Translations under genes and position numbers: made by a program
Assembly: GCF_009914755.1 (NCBI RefSeq)
Contig: NC_060930.1
Length of the DNA: 64,000 nt
Reading direction: 5' to 3' (one strand)
Source: the human T2T-CHM13v2.0 reference genome, Homo sapiens
The notes under the pieces: model-generated
Databases searched by the model: none
What the model was told of the DNA's origin: nothing
The model's input: only the letters and a program-made list of their open reading frames with translations
Part shown: positions 1-13,975 of the stretch, one piece after another
Layout of the letters: each line of letters opens with the position of its first letter
Numbering within the stretch: the stretch's first letter is position 1

Positions 1-967
1 GTTTGATGACAGATTTTGAGAAGGATTCAGTGGAGAATAGACTTCAAGTTGTTGCAGAAGGGATGATGAGGTTAATGGAGAACAGAAAGAAGGTGAACTA
101 GCTGGAGAGGAGTGATACACTCTGACTCTGGAAATTTAAGAGAACGTGGATATCCTGGAATTTTCCAAAGTGCTCTTCCTTAATGCATTCTTTTTACAGG
201 AGGCAAATACCTTTGTCCAGGCAAGATCAGGAAGTAGATGGAAGCAGGGTTAGAATTAAGGGCTTAAGTAGTATAAAGAAGATTTGCAGTAGCCATTGTT
301 ATAAAAAAATAGTAGGTGATCTCCTAGAACTCAATACTTGGATTATTGAGACATACTCAGTTTTCTTTTAGCAAAATATCTCTCATTGACTAGGACTTAA
401 GGCTATACTGCTAGCATTGAAAATTTATTTTATTTTGTATTGAAACAATTAAGAAGATAAAGGGGAAAAATAAACACTTCTAAGATTAATGAATATGCCT
501 CTCGTTATCTTTGGAAGAAACTATGTGGCCTGTTTTCCTTGGATATTAGCATCTCCAACAAATAGAAGAGCCTATGTTCATAAATATGATTGGGTCAAAT
601 TTGACAATAGAGTCAGACTAAAGTTAGCTGACATTGACTTTAAAAGTACTTGCCTCAAAGTACTTGAAATTCGGTGGCTTCATATTTTCTTGGATTAGGG
701 ATTGATTTCTCTGCTCAGACTTCTTCAGAATACAAATAACTTTGTAAGGGCTAATCTGTTAAAAAGTTTGTGTTAGCTCTCTTGGCAAGAGCTAGGATAG
801 CAGGGTAGAAGGAGAACTGCGAAAACAAACAAACAAAGGAGAGTTAAAAATGAAAGGGCAAACACTCCCTACTTACTTTGCTTTGCTTTCATTATTTTGC
901 CTAAACTGTTGTGGTTGACACACGTGGACAGTAGATTATAACTAGATTCTGAGCCCCAGATGCCCAC

Positions 968-1185
968 AGCTAACACTTATGTAATGCTCATTGTGTGCCA
1001 TGGGCTAAGTGCTATAAATGAATGTATATATAATATAAATGCATTAACTCATTTAATTCTCATGACGATTTGATGAGGTGAGCTCTATCTCCCAGTTTCT
1101 AGATGAGGGATTGACCAACTTGTGGGTAGGGGAGCAGAATCTTACCCCGGGAAGTGTGGCTTGAGAGTTGGCAATTGTAACTGCT
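968..1185 (-). mobile_element. MIR SINE relic
   Basis: Reverse-complement MIR tail (agctaacacttatgtaatgctca) and core (cattaactcatttaattctca...cccagtttctagatgagg). Confidence 0.7.
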
Positions 1186-4100
1186 GGACAGATTTGTTAG
1201 AAAAATACCTTATTTATTTTTCAGTCCTCCACCCTGACTTGTGCCTTCATCAAAAAAGTTTGAAATGTTTTCAGTTCATACATAAGAAGAAAAAAATTTG
1301 ATATGGGTTTATTTTCCCCTATTAACATTTTCTTTGATTTACAATCTGTTGTATCAGACATGATGTGAAAGGGGTAGACAACAACCTAGACTATATTTAT
1401 TTTTCAATCTGCTAATGTGAAGAAAAAAGGGGAGGAGTTAGGTGAGATTTGGAGTCTGTAATGGTTTTTCTACACCAGGGTTTTTAGGGAGATTCTAAAT
1501 AGAGCACACTCTCATTTGTTTCAATTAAATGCCTTGCCCACTTAATCTCCTTTTCGTATTGCCATGCCTGATACAGAGGGCTCCAGGACTAGTTTACTAG
1601 GTGGTAGGACCTTTAGAGATTATGCTGTCCAAATCCTTTACGTTAGTTTAACAGATGCAAAAATGGAGACTGAAAGGGTTTAAGCAGAGTGAGAACATTA
1701 ACAACAACACTTTGTTTTGAAATGAGGTTTTTTGATTCGTTCCAACCTTCACACAAATTTGAAAGCATACTTTTGTGTAAGTTTCTTAATATTTGGAAAT
1801 TAACATCAGCCCCAGCCTCCCTGAAAACTGTGGTGAGTTATTACTATATATAAAGATTAATGAAATAATTGCTTTTGAGTTTCTACTACAATTGGTGGAT
1901 CAGGGTCATCTAAAAAAACTCAAGCAAAGGTGTGAAAACTTTATTTTGCATGTTTGTTTTTCTCCTAGTTATTATTTACTGCTCAATCAGCATTAACAGA
2001 AGAAAAATAATTTGGCTGCTAAGTTACTGTAGTATAGGATTTCAAAGGACCTTATTAGAGAGAGATGTAATTTCATCCCCTGGGCCTTTTATGTAACAGA
2101 GTGCATATTTGGGTTACTTCATTTTGATCCGGAATTAAACAATAGACTTAAGTTGTATTCAGGAAGTTAAAATATTTATTCAACAAAGATTTAAAAGCAT
2201 TTTACAGTTATTTCCAAATTCCTAGGGATATCTTTATAGCTTTATTTTCTTATTTTAGCTAACTCTTGTCTGAATAGCTCCTTCATCAAAGAATTTTCTG
2301 TTTATTTCATAAATCTTATAAGATGTATGTATTTGATAACTACTGCATATAATCAGTGTTTTTTAAATAAACATCTTTGGCAAATTGATATAAACATGAT
2401 TTTATATATTGCTTAACTACATATATAGGCCATAGTTTCGTTATGGTGCTCAGTAATGAAAAATATGGAGTAGATGTTACAAGTGGTAATAAAGCTAATA
2501 TTAAAGAAAGTAAGGCTGAAGATTCCTAAGTTCAAAATAAAAAGGCTTTGCAGCTTCAGTTTTAGGAGCGTTTTCATAAAATGAAAGAGGCAAATAGTGC
2601 CAAGGTGCTACCAACTCCAGCTTCCTAGCAATGCAAGGATTCTTCCTTTAGCCACTTATAAAAGTGGTCACCTCAGCTCACTCTCTCTAGGACTGACTGC
2701 TTCCCCTTTCTTCTGTGATTTGCATAGTATTATCCACATTGATTCATGTTTGGGGTGATTGTTTCCATCCTCACTGTGAGATTATGAACTTCTTATTTTC
2801 TTTCCATGAAATAAAGTTTTCATTGGCTGGGATCCCAGCTAGACTGATTTTTTTTTTCCTTTTTTCGTTTGTTTGCTTAATATTTTAGATTTTGAAAGTC
2901 CTTCAAAATTAAAGTACTTGCATACTATCCTAGGGCAATAATTTGTGACTGAAAATCTTTGTGAAAAATCCTAAGAGGTATTTAAAAGTTTATGTTAAGT
3001 AAGTTGTTATCAGTGGTTAAGAGGCCTTTCCAGAGTGCTTGTCCACTGGACATTTATATGGAACTTACTGTAATAGCATCTGCTTAATTTTTGGATGATG
3101 CAGACACATTCCGTTGCACAAAATTACTCTGCAAAAGTAAGTCAGGAATCACTCATGATAATTTCAGGTTATGCATACTTATTTTAGAATGTTGAATCAA
3201 TTTGCTAATCTTCAAAGGAGTAAATTTTACACCAATTGCGTCTGGTTTAATAGGCTTAATATTTTCATAATGCCAGAGTAATTTTTCTTCTTAGTTTTAT
3301 TCTTGCATAATTGTTGGAATTATATGTACATTGTTTTAATTCTTGAGCCCTTAATATCAAATAGCTTGAGCATTAAGGGAATTAATTGAAGGCCTTAGGA
3401 TATGGGTGTTTATTACATGAACATGGATTGAATGTTGATGTTGGGATTTTAAACGGGAAGTTGCTTTGCTGTTAGATTCCATCACATTGAATGTATCAAC
3501 ATTTATACAAGGAAATTGGGAAGAAATGTACTCTCAGTCCCTGGTTGCTCTTTGTTTGTGAAAAGTAACAAATTTAGGAGTTGATCTAAAAGGAAAATTT
3601 TTGTGTTAATGTTTTTAAAACATTAAAGCATCTTTAAACAATATTTTTGTCTCAGATGTCTAGATGCATATTTATACCCCCAGAAATTTGAATAAGTCTG
3701 TTTAAATATTTTTGTCCTTTTCCTGAATGTCAACCCTTTGGCAGAGTGTTTATATGTTAAAGCTTGAAGAGCAAGTAGAGATCACACAGTCCAACTCTGT
3801 CATTTCATAGATGTAATTAGAGTAAACTAAGGATCAGTCTGAGTATAATGAAGTATAAAAAAGAACTTGACACTCACTGTCACACAACACAGTTGATAGA
3901 AATTTGTTGGTCATTCGTTGGCCACTGGTCATCTTCCCCCCAGGGGTCTCTGGCTTGCAATGTATTCCCGTGGTCTCTTTCTCTGATCCCCTCTTGGATC
4001 TCCTCCTCTTCCTTAGGTGTTTTGAATTTCTCTTCTTTGTCTTCAGCATCCTCAATTCCTCCTACTTCATTTTGCAGAAATTTAGCTGTCTTTGTTATGC

Positions 4101-4572
4101 CCTCACCATCCAATGTATGCCCAGATAACTATGCCTTTTTCATCCAAAGATCCACTAAAAGATGACAGTGTTTTTATTTTTTATGAGACACATCACCTGC
4201 AGAATGATTTTTTTTTCTATTACAGTTGACACATAGAGATGCATTTTAATTCACATGTAGACAAACATTTGATGAATTCCTTTTTTTATATATATACTTG
4301 GGAAATAGGTAAATTTTCTGCTATCAATAATCTCTCAGAAACACTTGATGACTGAATACTATAGTTAAAAATCATGAATGAGAATAAGAAAGGCAACATA
4401 GTATTTTAGGAGGGACATTATCCCACTCATTGAATTACCATATAACCTGTCATAGCACCTTAACTGCTCTGAACCTCTTTCCTCGTCTATAACCTTCATC
4501 CTGGCCTGCACTGGAGTCAGAGTTAAACTGTGCCTTGTAAAACATAAAGTTCTTTATAAATATAACAGTTAG

Positions 4573-4849
4573 GGCCTGGGCGCATGCCTGTAATCCCAGC
4601 ATTTTGGGAGGCTGAGGCCAGGGGATTGCTTGAGCCCAGGGGTTCGACACCAGCCTGGGCAACATGGTGAAACCCCATCTCTACAAAAACATACAAAAAT
4701 TAGACAGGCATGGTGGCATGCACCTGTAGTACCAGCTACTTGGGAGGCTGAGGTTGGAGGATCACCTGAGCCCTGGAAGTGGAGGCTTTGGAAGTGGAGG
4801 CTGTGGTGAGTTGTGATCAAGCCACTGCACTCCATCCTCGGAGACAGGA
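4573..4849 (+). mobile_element. AluJ (5' A-box region partly deleted, tail replaced by TA-rich tract)
   Basis: Dimeric Alu with AluJ-type ggattgcttgagcccagg and ggatcacctgagccc; internal duplication of tggaagtggaggct. Confidence 0.9.
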
Positions 4850-4990
4850 ATGTTTTATATATATAAATATAGATATTATTTTACATATATATATTACATA
4901 TATATATATAAAATTCCTGTGCTCCCTAGGGTGATTTTATATATATATAATTCTATTCTATATATAACATTCTACTGTAGATATATATTT
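4850..4990. repeat. (TA)n-rich low-complexity tract
   Basis: Interrupted TA runs directly after the Alu. Confidence 0.8.
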
Positions 4991-5224
4991 TAAAAAACTG
5001 TTAGATATTATGATATTATGAGTTGCGACAGTGATGATGATCATCATCTCAACTAGGCAGGTCTCTTTTTCCCTGGCAAACTATTCACAGGTAGGCTACT
5101 CACAGGCTTATCCTCCTAAGTAGTGTGTTTATATGTACTCGAAATAACTACATAGGACACAATGTATATGCTTTAGTCCACTGAGGAAATATAAAGAAAA
5201 AGGATATTCTTGGTCTCTTGCTCT

Positions 5225-5768
<544 letters not shown>

Positions 5769-6374
5769 AATTTCTTCTTATTGAAACGTAGATGTCAACG
5801 TTGCATTTGTTAGATATTTCTTAACTTTCTCTCTTATTTGAGTATCTAACATATTGTATTTCTTTTGCTCTAGTGTAATATAGCTAAATTGCTAGACTCT
5901 GAATTAATATCAATAAACATTTATATCACACAAGATAGTGTTATACTAAATATATTTAAATGTTTTAAATGGTTTCAAAGTTAATATTTTGAGTAATATG
6001 CTATGGATGGAAAGCTTATTCATGACCAGTATAAGTTATACAAAATTAATGTTTCAAAGGATGTCTGAATTTCAAAAGGACTCTTCAAATGATCAGCTCC
6101 ATAATTATATTTTTCATCTAATTTTATGTTCAAGTGCTCCCCTAGAGTGGTGATAAGTGAAATCATCGATTAATGCTAGGACTCTAAGCTGACCTAGAAA
6201 AACTACATTTGAAGCTGTATTCAAAGAATTTCATTTAGCCTTACTAGGACAACTGTCATTCTTATGTAACATTTTAAAGTTTTGCATTGAGATTGGGCTT
6301 GAAATAAATGCCTGCATTTGCTCAGAGACTGTTAAGGAGGGAGATAGAGTAGGAAGTTGTCTCCAGAAATAAAA

Positions 6375-6660
6375 TGATAATGAAACCTATTGTTTATCGA
6401 GTACCTACTAATTATAAACCACAGTGATTATATATGACATAATTTTTCATAGATACTAAATATATGTATGTATATTTGCAATTTTTATCCTTGCAAAAAT
6501 GACAAGTATAATTGGGGTATTTACATTCTCTTTTTAAAGACAGGACAATAAAATCTAGTAAGGTTAGGATTTTGCCCAAACTCATATAGAAATTAGCAAA
6601 CATGAGATCCAAATCCAGGTCTGTCAGACCGCAGGGTCTTTGTTTACTCTGCTATATCAT
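6375..6660 (-). mobile_element. MIR SINE relic
   Basis: ttgcccaaactcatatag...gagatccaaatccaggtctgtcagac matches the antisense MIR 5' half. Confidence 0.65.
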
Positions 6661-6664
6661 ATTT

Positions 6665-7570
6665 ATTATTCATTGATGGATGTATTAAACAAAGATTAAT
6701 TCAGCCCTTCCCATTGCCAGGAACTGTTATAGATGCTGAAAATACTGCAGTGAAAAAAGACACCAAGTTCTTGCTTTCAAATAATTTATATTCTAGTGAA
6801 GGAAATAGAATATACAAATATGTCTAGTGGCATTAAGTGCTACAGAGAAAAGAGCAAAGCAGTGTAACAGGATCGAAAGTGATGGTACAAGAGGTATTTG
6901 TACTGTATTGCTATGGAGGTCGGTGATCAGGGAAGGCTCCTTCTGTAAAACTGACATTTGAGCACAGGCCTGAAGGAAGTAAAAGAGTGAGCTTATGGGA
7001 ATACATGAGGAAACAGCCTACAAGCAAAAGGAGGAGCTCATGCAGTGCTCCTCAAGTGGGGACTTGGTGGCATGATCATGGAACAGAAATGAGGCTAGTG
7101 TATCTGAAGCAGAGTGAGTGTTGGGGAGAGAGTAGAGCACAAGGTCCAAGAGGTGGTGTGGTGTCAAAACCTGTAGACCTTGGTCAGGACGTTGGCTTTT
7201 ACTCTGAGGGAGACGTCAAGTCACTGGAAGGCTTTGGGCAAATGTCTGACATAGTGTGCCTTGTGTTTTAGATGGAGAATAGACTGTAGGACAATGGGGA
7301 AGGATCCAGGAGACCAGTTGGGAGGCTGTTGCAGTAGTTCAGGCATGAGATGATGGTGGTGGCTTGAGTTGGGTTGTACTTGTGGAAGTAATGAGGAGTG
7401 GTAGAATTCTGGATCTATTTCAGAGGTAGAGCCAACCAGATAAGCTGATGGTGGATGTGGGGTCTGAGGAAAAGGAAGGGTCAGTAATGACTGTCAGTTT
7501 TTGACCCTAAGTATTATGATGAGAAGCTTTTCGGGAGGGAAGATGGGAAAAAAAAGAGTTCAGTTTTTGT
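6665..7570 (-). mobile_element. L2 LINE 3' fragment
   Basis: Antisense L2 3' motifs (tgccaggaactgttatagatgctg, tatattctagtg, ggagaccagttgggaggctgttgcagtagttcagg, tggatctatttcagaggtagagccaac). Confidence 0.8.
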
Positions 7571-7589
7571 ATGATGTGGGGTAGGTTTT

Positions 7590-8090
7590 TTTTCTCCTCT
7601 ATATGGCAAACGATTCCCAGCACATTTCTTAGCCTTTCTCCTTTTTCATTCATCATCTATTTTTTTATTTATCATCTATCAGGTGTCCATTTATGTCCAT
7701 GAAAATAGGTTTACCAATCGTCTTGTTCAAAGCTTCCATCTTACTGATCTTTATCACTTGACCTGTAAAATATTTTGTTGTTGTCATTGAATCTATCAAC
7801 TAGCAAGACAGGTGTGTTAAATTTCCCACTGTGATGGTGGATTTATCAGTTTATCTTACAATTCTATTGTTGTTATATACATAATTGAAATTATGATACT
7901 GGATGCATGCACTAATTCTTGCATTAATTCTTTCTGGTGAATTCATGCATTAATTCTTCCTGGTGAATTAAATTTTCCTCAATATGTAATGCTCTTTATC
8001 AAATACTCTTTGTTTTAAGGTCCTTTTTGTTTTTTATGAATGTGTCTACACACATGATTTCTTTAGATAGCATTTGTGTTTCTGTTTTTG
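7590..8090 (-). mobile_element. Old L1M (L1MD/ME-like) fragments
   Basis: gtgttaaatttcccactgtgatggtggatttatcagttt is typical antisense L1M body sequence. Confidence 0.55.
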
Positions 8091-8769
8091 AGCTCCTATT
8101 GTCTTGAACTTTATTTGTGGGAATCCCTGGGGTCTGAATTCAGATTCACTTTTGTCAGACACTTGGAAACCCTATCATCTGGGGTTAGTTTAAAGTTTGA
8201 TTTAGGACTTGTTTGGCTTCACAGATAGCATGAATTTTGATCCCAAATTGAATATTGCGGGCTTGTGGTTAGGAATTGTCAGGAACAGTGTTTTCTTCTT
8301 TTCCTCCTCCCTCTGAGCCAAGGTCAAAACAGGCTTGTATCCCCATCATTGCCCTTTGCAAGATGGGGCTTTTCTGGTTTATCACTGAGGGTGCAGCCCT
8401 TCAGGGAATCCACTGTGATGTGACCATCCCACTTTTAATATCTGAAGTTGGACTCCTGGTTTTGCCTTACTAACACCCAAGTTTGAGTTCAGGGCAAACA
8501 CAGCCTGTGCTTGCTAATCCTACAGAATTTTCACGTCTTTTCCTTTTTGTTCTCTGAGATATTCCTTACTTTCCTGCCATCCCCACCAGGCATTAAAAGA
8601 TGCTTCATTTTTGTATAATATTTTTCATCTGTTGTACCAGCAAAGGTTTCTCTGAACATCTGATTCACAGTAGTTCTTGCTGACATGCAACGTTGTAAAC
8701 ATAGGAGAGTTTGAAGCCAAACCTAGCACTGTGGTATCTGTTCATCAGCTATGTGGGGTGGATATTTTC

Positions 8770-9330
8770 AGGTTGCATGAAGATCCTGTTCTTCACAACC
8801 ATTCACTCAGTGGTTTTAGCCTCCACTAATGATTGTTGCCTGAATTACTTATTACACCAAGGCTACAATATGGTGATTTTCAAATTCTATTATTTCTTTT
8901 ACATTTATTAGTTGCCTTTTTTTTCTGTAAAGAAAAGAGTTTTTCCCCAGCATCTCTTTACTTTTTTCTTGTCTTGTGTTCTCATGGATCATTTTTTAAT
9001 TTGACGTGTTATACTTCTTTACTATGATAATTATTTTGATACTCAAATTGTCTTGAATTTTAGGGTGGAAGCCCCTGAAGCCAACTCCTGTGCCCTTTTG
9101 CTGTGCTTCACTAAAGTCTTTGAGTCTATCTTTGCTTTTTGGCAGAATAAGATGTCCCAGGCTGGCTTTATACTTTGTCTGCTCCAGATCTGGAAGCAGC
9201 CAATTTTTCTGACGAATCCGGCTTCTTTTGATGAGAAGCGACATTCAGAAACCAAAATTGGAGTTCTGGATGTACCTGTTCCTACAAGTGTCATTGTATT
9301 TGGGCCCTTTTAGTGGAAAGAACAAGAAAA
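8770..9330 (-). mobile_element. L1MC4/MC5-like 3' region
   Basis: gtggttttagc...tgattgttgcctgaat, aagatgtcccaggct...tctggaagcagcca, ttcagaaaccaaaatt motifs. Confidence 0.7.
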
Positions 9331-9439
9331 TCTGTGTGTGTGTGTATGTATATGTGTGTGTGTTTAAATCATAAGTCTGTATTGGTATTCTCAACTGAGA
9401 GTTTATTTTCTCTGAAAAAGTAGTGTCAGCAATTATAGC

Positions 9440-9650
9440 ATAGAGGTAAACAATCCCAGTTTTTCGATGTACTTTTGGCTGTTTGACCTTGGACAATTTA
9501 CTTAATTTCACTGTCTTTCTTAGTTTCCACATCTCCAAAATCAGAATAATAAAAGTACCTCAAGCATAGTTGTGAGAAATAAGTGTGTGGATTTATATAA
9601 AGTGCTCACAGCAGTTCCTGGCTCAGAGGATATACTTTTAAATTATTTGC
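9440..9650 (+). mobile_element. MIR SINE
   Basis: gaccttggacaatttacttaatttc...agtttccacatctccaaaat...aaagtgctcacagcagttcctggc. Confidence 0.8.
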
Positions 9651-9656
9651 TAAAAA

Positions 9657-9737
9657 TATGAGGTCGGACCGTGTGAAACTGCCACTATTTGACTGTCTTT
9701 AACCTACAGAAATAATTTCATGCGGTTCATCCTGATA
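9657..9737. mobile_element. MADE2 (Hsmar2-derived 80-bp mariner MITE)
   Basis: tatgaggtcggaccgtgtgaaactgcc ... aatttcatgcggttcatcctgata: imperfect TIRs, TA ends, ~80 bp, aligns to remembered MADE2 consensus. Confidence 0.8.
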
Positions 9738-10332
9738 AATGTGAACACCTTCATTGACCGAATGCCTTTTAGGGGCAGCACCCTTTGCTTTAAGGTCCAT
9801 TTTGTTTGTATCCACAGCTCTGCTGTGGATAAAGATAAGTAAAAGAGTCTCTGCCTTGAAGAAGCTGAGAGATTAATAATAGAGCTATAAATAAAGTTTC
9901 CTAGCACTGTAGTGCTTTCTGCCTGTGGTGGGGGAATGAAGCAGGACTCTTCTTAGGTTACCACAAGTGACTTGGGGGAAGGAGACAAAATCTGGCAGTC
10001 TGCTGAACAGGGCGGAATTTTAGATTGAAGACCCTAGAATTAAGGTGGGAACTCCAATGGGATGTCCTCAGGGAGTCACTTAGGAAAATGATGAACCACG
10101 TGTGTGCAATAATGTGTGCAATTTGACACACAGTTTTAATGCAGACAAAAATCTTTAATAATCATGAAGCTATTTCCATAATATGAAGAAATTTAATATA
10201 TGTTAAAATTCTATGTATTTCTTTGTTGTTTTCCTTTTTTAGAATTTTCTGTGTGTCTTTCTTATGTGCCGGAAACCCAACCTCAGAGCAGTATTTTCAC
10301 CATTGAGATGGTGCCATTAAACACTTAAAATC

Positions 10333-10662
<330 letters not shown>

Positions 10663-10724
10663 CTAATGTGATTATCCTTCACAAGAGCACTGCGATTAGA
10701 AGTTTATATGATGATCATGTTAAG

Positions 10725-10812
10725 ATGAACATGGGGATTGGGGTGCTAACTTTATATATATACACACACACTTATATACATATACATATATATATATAAA
10801 GATCTCTATCTA

Positions 10813-10843
<31 letters not shown>

Positions 10844-11200
10844 TTTGACTACCCCACAACCCAACTACTAATAGCCTACTGTTGACCAGAAATCTTACTG
10901 ATAACATAAACTGTTCGTTAACACATTTTTTGGTGTTACGTATATTATGTACTGTATGTAAGCTAAAGAAAAGAAAATATTAAGAAAATCATAAGGAAGA
11001 GCAAGTAGATTTACTGTTCATTCAGTGAAAATGTATTATTGTAAAGGTCTTCATCTTCATAATCTTCACGTTGAATAGGCTGAGGAGGAGGAGAAAGAGG
11101 AGGGGTTGGTCTTGCTGTCTCGGGGATGGCAGAGATGAAAGAAAATCCACAAGTGAGTGGACCCACACAATTTAAACTCATGTTGTTCAAGGGTCCACTG
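10725..11200 (-). mobile_element. Tigger2a (MER28) DNA transposon, interrupted by a microsatellite
   Basis: actactaatagcctactgttgacc...gaggaggggttggtcttgctgtctc...tgttgttcaagggtccactg-TA terminus. Confidence 0.88.
10752..10841. repeat. Compound (TA)/(CA)/(TCTA)n microsatellite
   Basis: Directly visible repeat units. Confidence 0.9.
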
Positions 11201-11286
11201 TAGTTTATTCCATGATTCTGTCATCATCTACTGTTAAATATTAATGTAATGAGAGTAACATAAAATTAACACAACTATGTGGCTGA

Positions 11287-11677
<391 letters not shown>

Positions 11678-12391
11678 TGATGATAGTGTCAGAATGGAGG
11701 AATATTATGAGACTCTTCTCATGAAGTGCCTTTTATAACTTTTAATGAGCGCAATAGTTAGATGGTTACCACAGCTGGTCTGCTTCCCTACTGTATTCTA
11801 TGTGTCCAGTTATTTTCCCAGTCCTTATGAAATTAAAAGAAAAGTTTTTGCAAAGTACTAAGAAACATCTTGCTAAAGGCCAACTCTAGCCAGGCCTTGA
11901 CTTTTCGTATCATGTGTTTCATATTTTACACACTTTGACTGTAATGAGACTGGCATATCCATGTGAGTCACGCTGATGAACAGGATGTGTGTTTGTATTT
12001 ACGTTCTGTATGAGGGTTTTTTGGAATATGTGAATTATTATAGTCATAAGAGTATATTAAACCATCTTGATAAGAAATTTTAAACATGTAAACTATTCAT
12101 TCAAAAAAACATTTACAGAGAATTTCCTTAAGGAAAACCTGATGAATGGATGTTTATCTTTTAAACATTATATGATTGTATTAATAACACATGATGAAAA
12201 TTCTATCCACTGTTATCTTTGGCTGGTGAGTTTTTCCTTTGTGTACATTCTGAATTTCCAGGTTTTTCCCTTGATGCACCAGTATGACTTTTATGATTAT
12301 CAAGATTTTAGTGGATTCCCGGATGCCTTTTATTTGGTGAAGAAAACAATGTTCTAATACAAAGTGAATGAAAATAGCTGCACATATGATA

Positions 12392-12635
12392 TTAATAGCC
12401 AGCATTTATCAAGGAATTACTGCACATTAAGCATGTGTTAAGTATTCTACATGTGTTACTTAATTTAATATTCACACAATTGTATAAAGAAGATGCTATT
12501 TTTATTTCTATTTTATAGGGAAATTGGAACTTGGTGCTGTTTAATAACATGTACAATATGAGAGCTAGTAAGTATCGGAACTGGGATTTGGACCTACCTT
12601 CAGAACTCAAGCTCTTATCTACTGTGTCACACTTG
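12392..12635 (-). mobile_element. MIR SINE
   Basis: taatagccagcatttat...ttaatttaatattcacac...gctagtaagtatcggaactgggatttgg. Confidence 0.75.
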
Positions 12636-12649
12636 ATTTATTCTGATGG

Positions 12650-13250
12650 TTTTCATTGATGCTTTCATTTATGTGACATGTTTTTGCCAGTTTGCATTTT
12701 GAAGGAGGAAGCGCTGGGCTTCAGGAGCAGAAGGATGAATGTGACATAGCCCATGCTCTGAAGGAGCTTGCAGTCTACTTGATTAGACGGTCATGGAGCT
12801 GTGGGCACATCTGCCTGGGACGAAGAGAGAGGAAGTATCAGGTTGACTTCTTGGAGAGTGATATTTAGGCTTAGCTGGTATAGAAAGGGAGAAGGGTATT
12901 CCAGATATTCGGGGAAGTGAGGACAGAATTTGCAAAGCAGCAGTTTTTGCAAATGACTCAGAAACCAGATTTTGAAAAGCCTTGGATGCCTAGTGAAGGA
13001 GTTCTGGGTTACGCAGTGTGAACACTGGGGAACCATTAAAAGAATGTAAGCAATAATAGGGTGAGATTTCCTTATCTGTTTTATTTTTTGCTCTTTTTTT
13101 TTAAATAAATAAATAAACCAAAGATTTCTCTAGCAATGGTGTAGAAGTTCTGTTTTAGAGTGGAGAGTTTCCAGTTAGGAAGATCATATTGAAGGCTGTC
13201 TGTCAGGAGTCCAAGATCAAAGTCCTTAGGGGATAGGAAGAGATGAAAAG
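12650..13250 (-). mobile_element. L2 fragments
   Basis: catagcccatgctctgaaggagcttgcagtcta; gccttggatgcctagtgaaggag. Confidence 0.55.
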
Positions 13251-13756
13251 GTTTAAGTGCCTGGGATTTCAATCTAATACTAAAGTTGTACAAAAATTCA
13301 TAACACTTTTGGCAGTATATTCATTAATAATCGTTTCTCAATTGAATGTGTTTGGAACTTATTCAGCCAGAAGCTTTGATACTCTAGAAACAAAATTGTT
13401 TATAGCAAACAATCCGTTATACTTGTTTTTTTAGCCTAGCTCTTAGCTTCTGCAATGAAGTTGAGACTTTTAAGAAAATATATACACAGTACACACAAAC
13501 ACACACATGCTTACACAACAACTTACTATTTATCAGCTTACACTAAGTCTCAAATTGGTATAAGTTTTAAAAGTTAAGATCTTAAATCTTCATGAACAGA
13601 TGATAGTGTTATTATAATGTGACAATAATAAATTTATTTTTATTAAATGAAAATCTTTTTGAAAAGTTCGTAGAATTTTAAATGTTTGCTGTAGTCAAGA
13701 AATATTATATTAGCAATATCAACCACAGATAAAAGTTTTATATTATTTGCCTAATC

Positions 13757-13975
13757 CAGGGGTTTGCAGATTTTTTTCTTTAACAAGACAGAAAGTAAAT
13801 ATTTCAGGCTTCACGGGCCATGCAGTCTCAGTTGCAGGTGCTTAACTCTGCTATTGAAGGATGAAAACATCCACAGCCAATATGTTAATGAATGAATGTT
13901 ACTGTGTTCTAATAAAACTTTATTTCCAAACACAAATGACAGGATGGATTTGGTATATGGGCAGTTATTTGCTCT
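13757..13975 (+). mobile_element. MER58A (hAT-Charlie MITE)
   Basis: caggggtttgcaga...agtaaatatttcaggcttcacgggcca...tgttctaataaaactttattt. Confidence 0.85.

Noticed and set aside
9809-9832. 10-bp hairpin tatccacagc-tct-gctgtggata containing a DnaA-box-like 9-mer
   Set aside because: Short enough to arise by chance; a DnaA box is meaningless in primate DNA.
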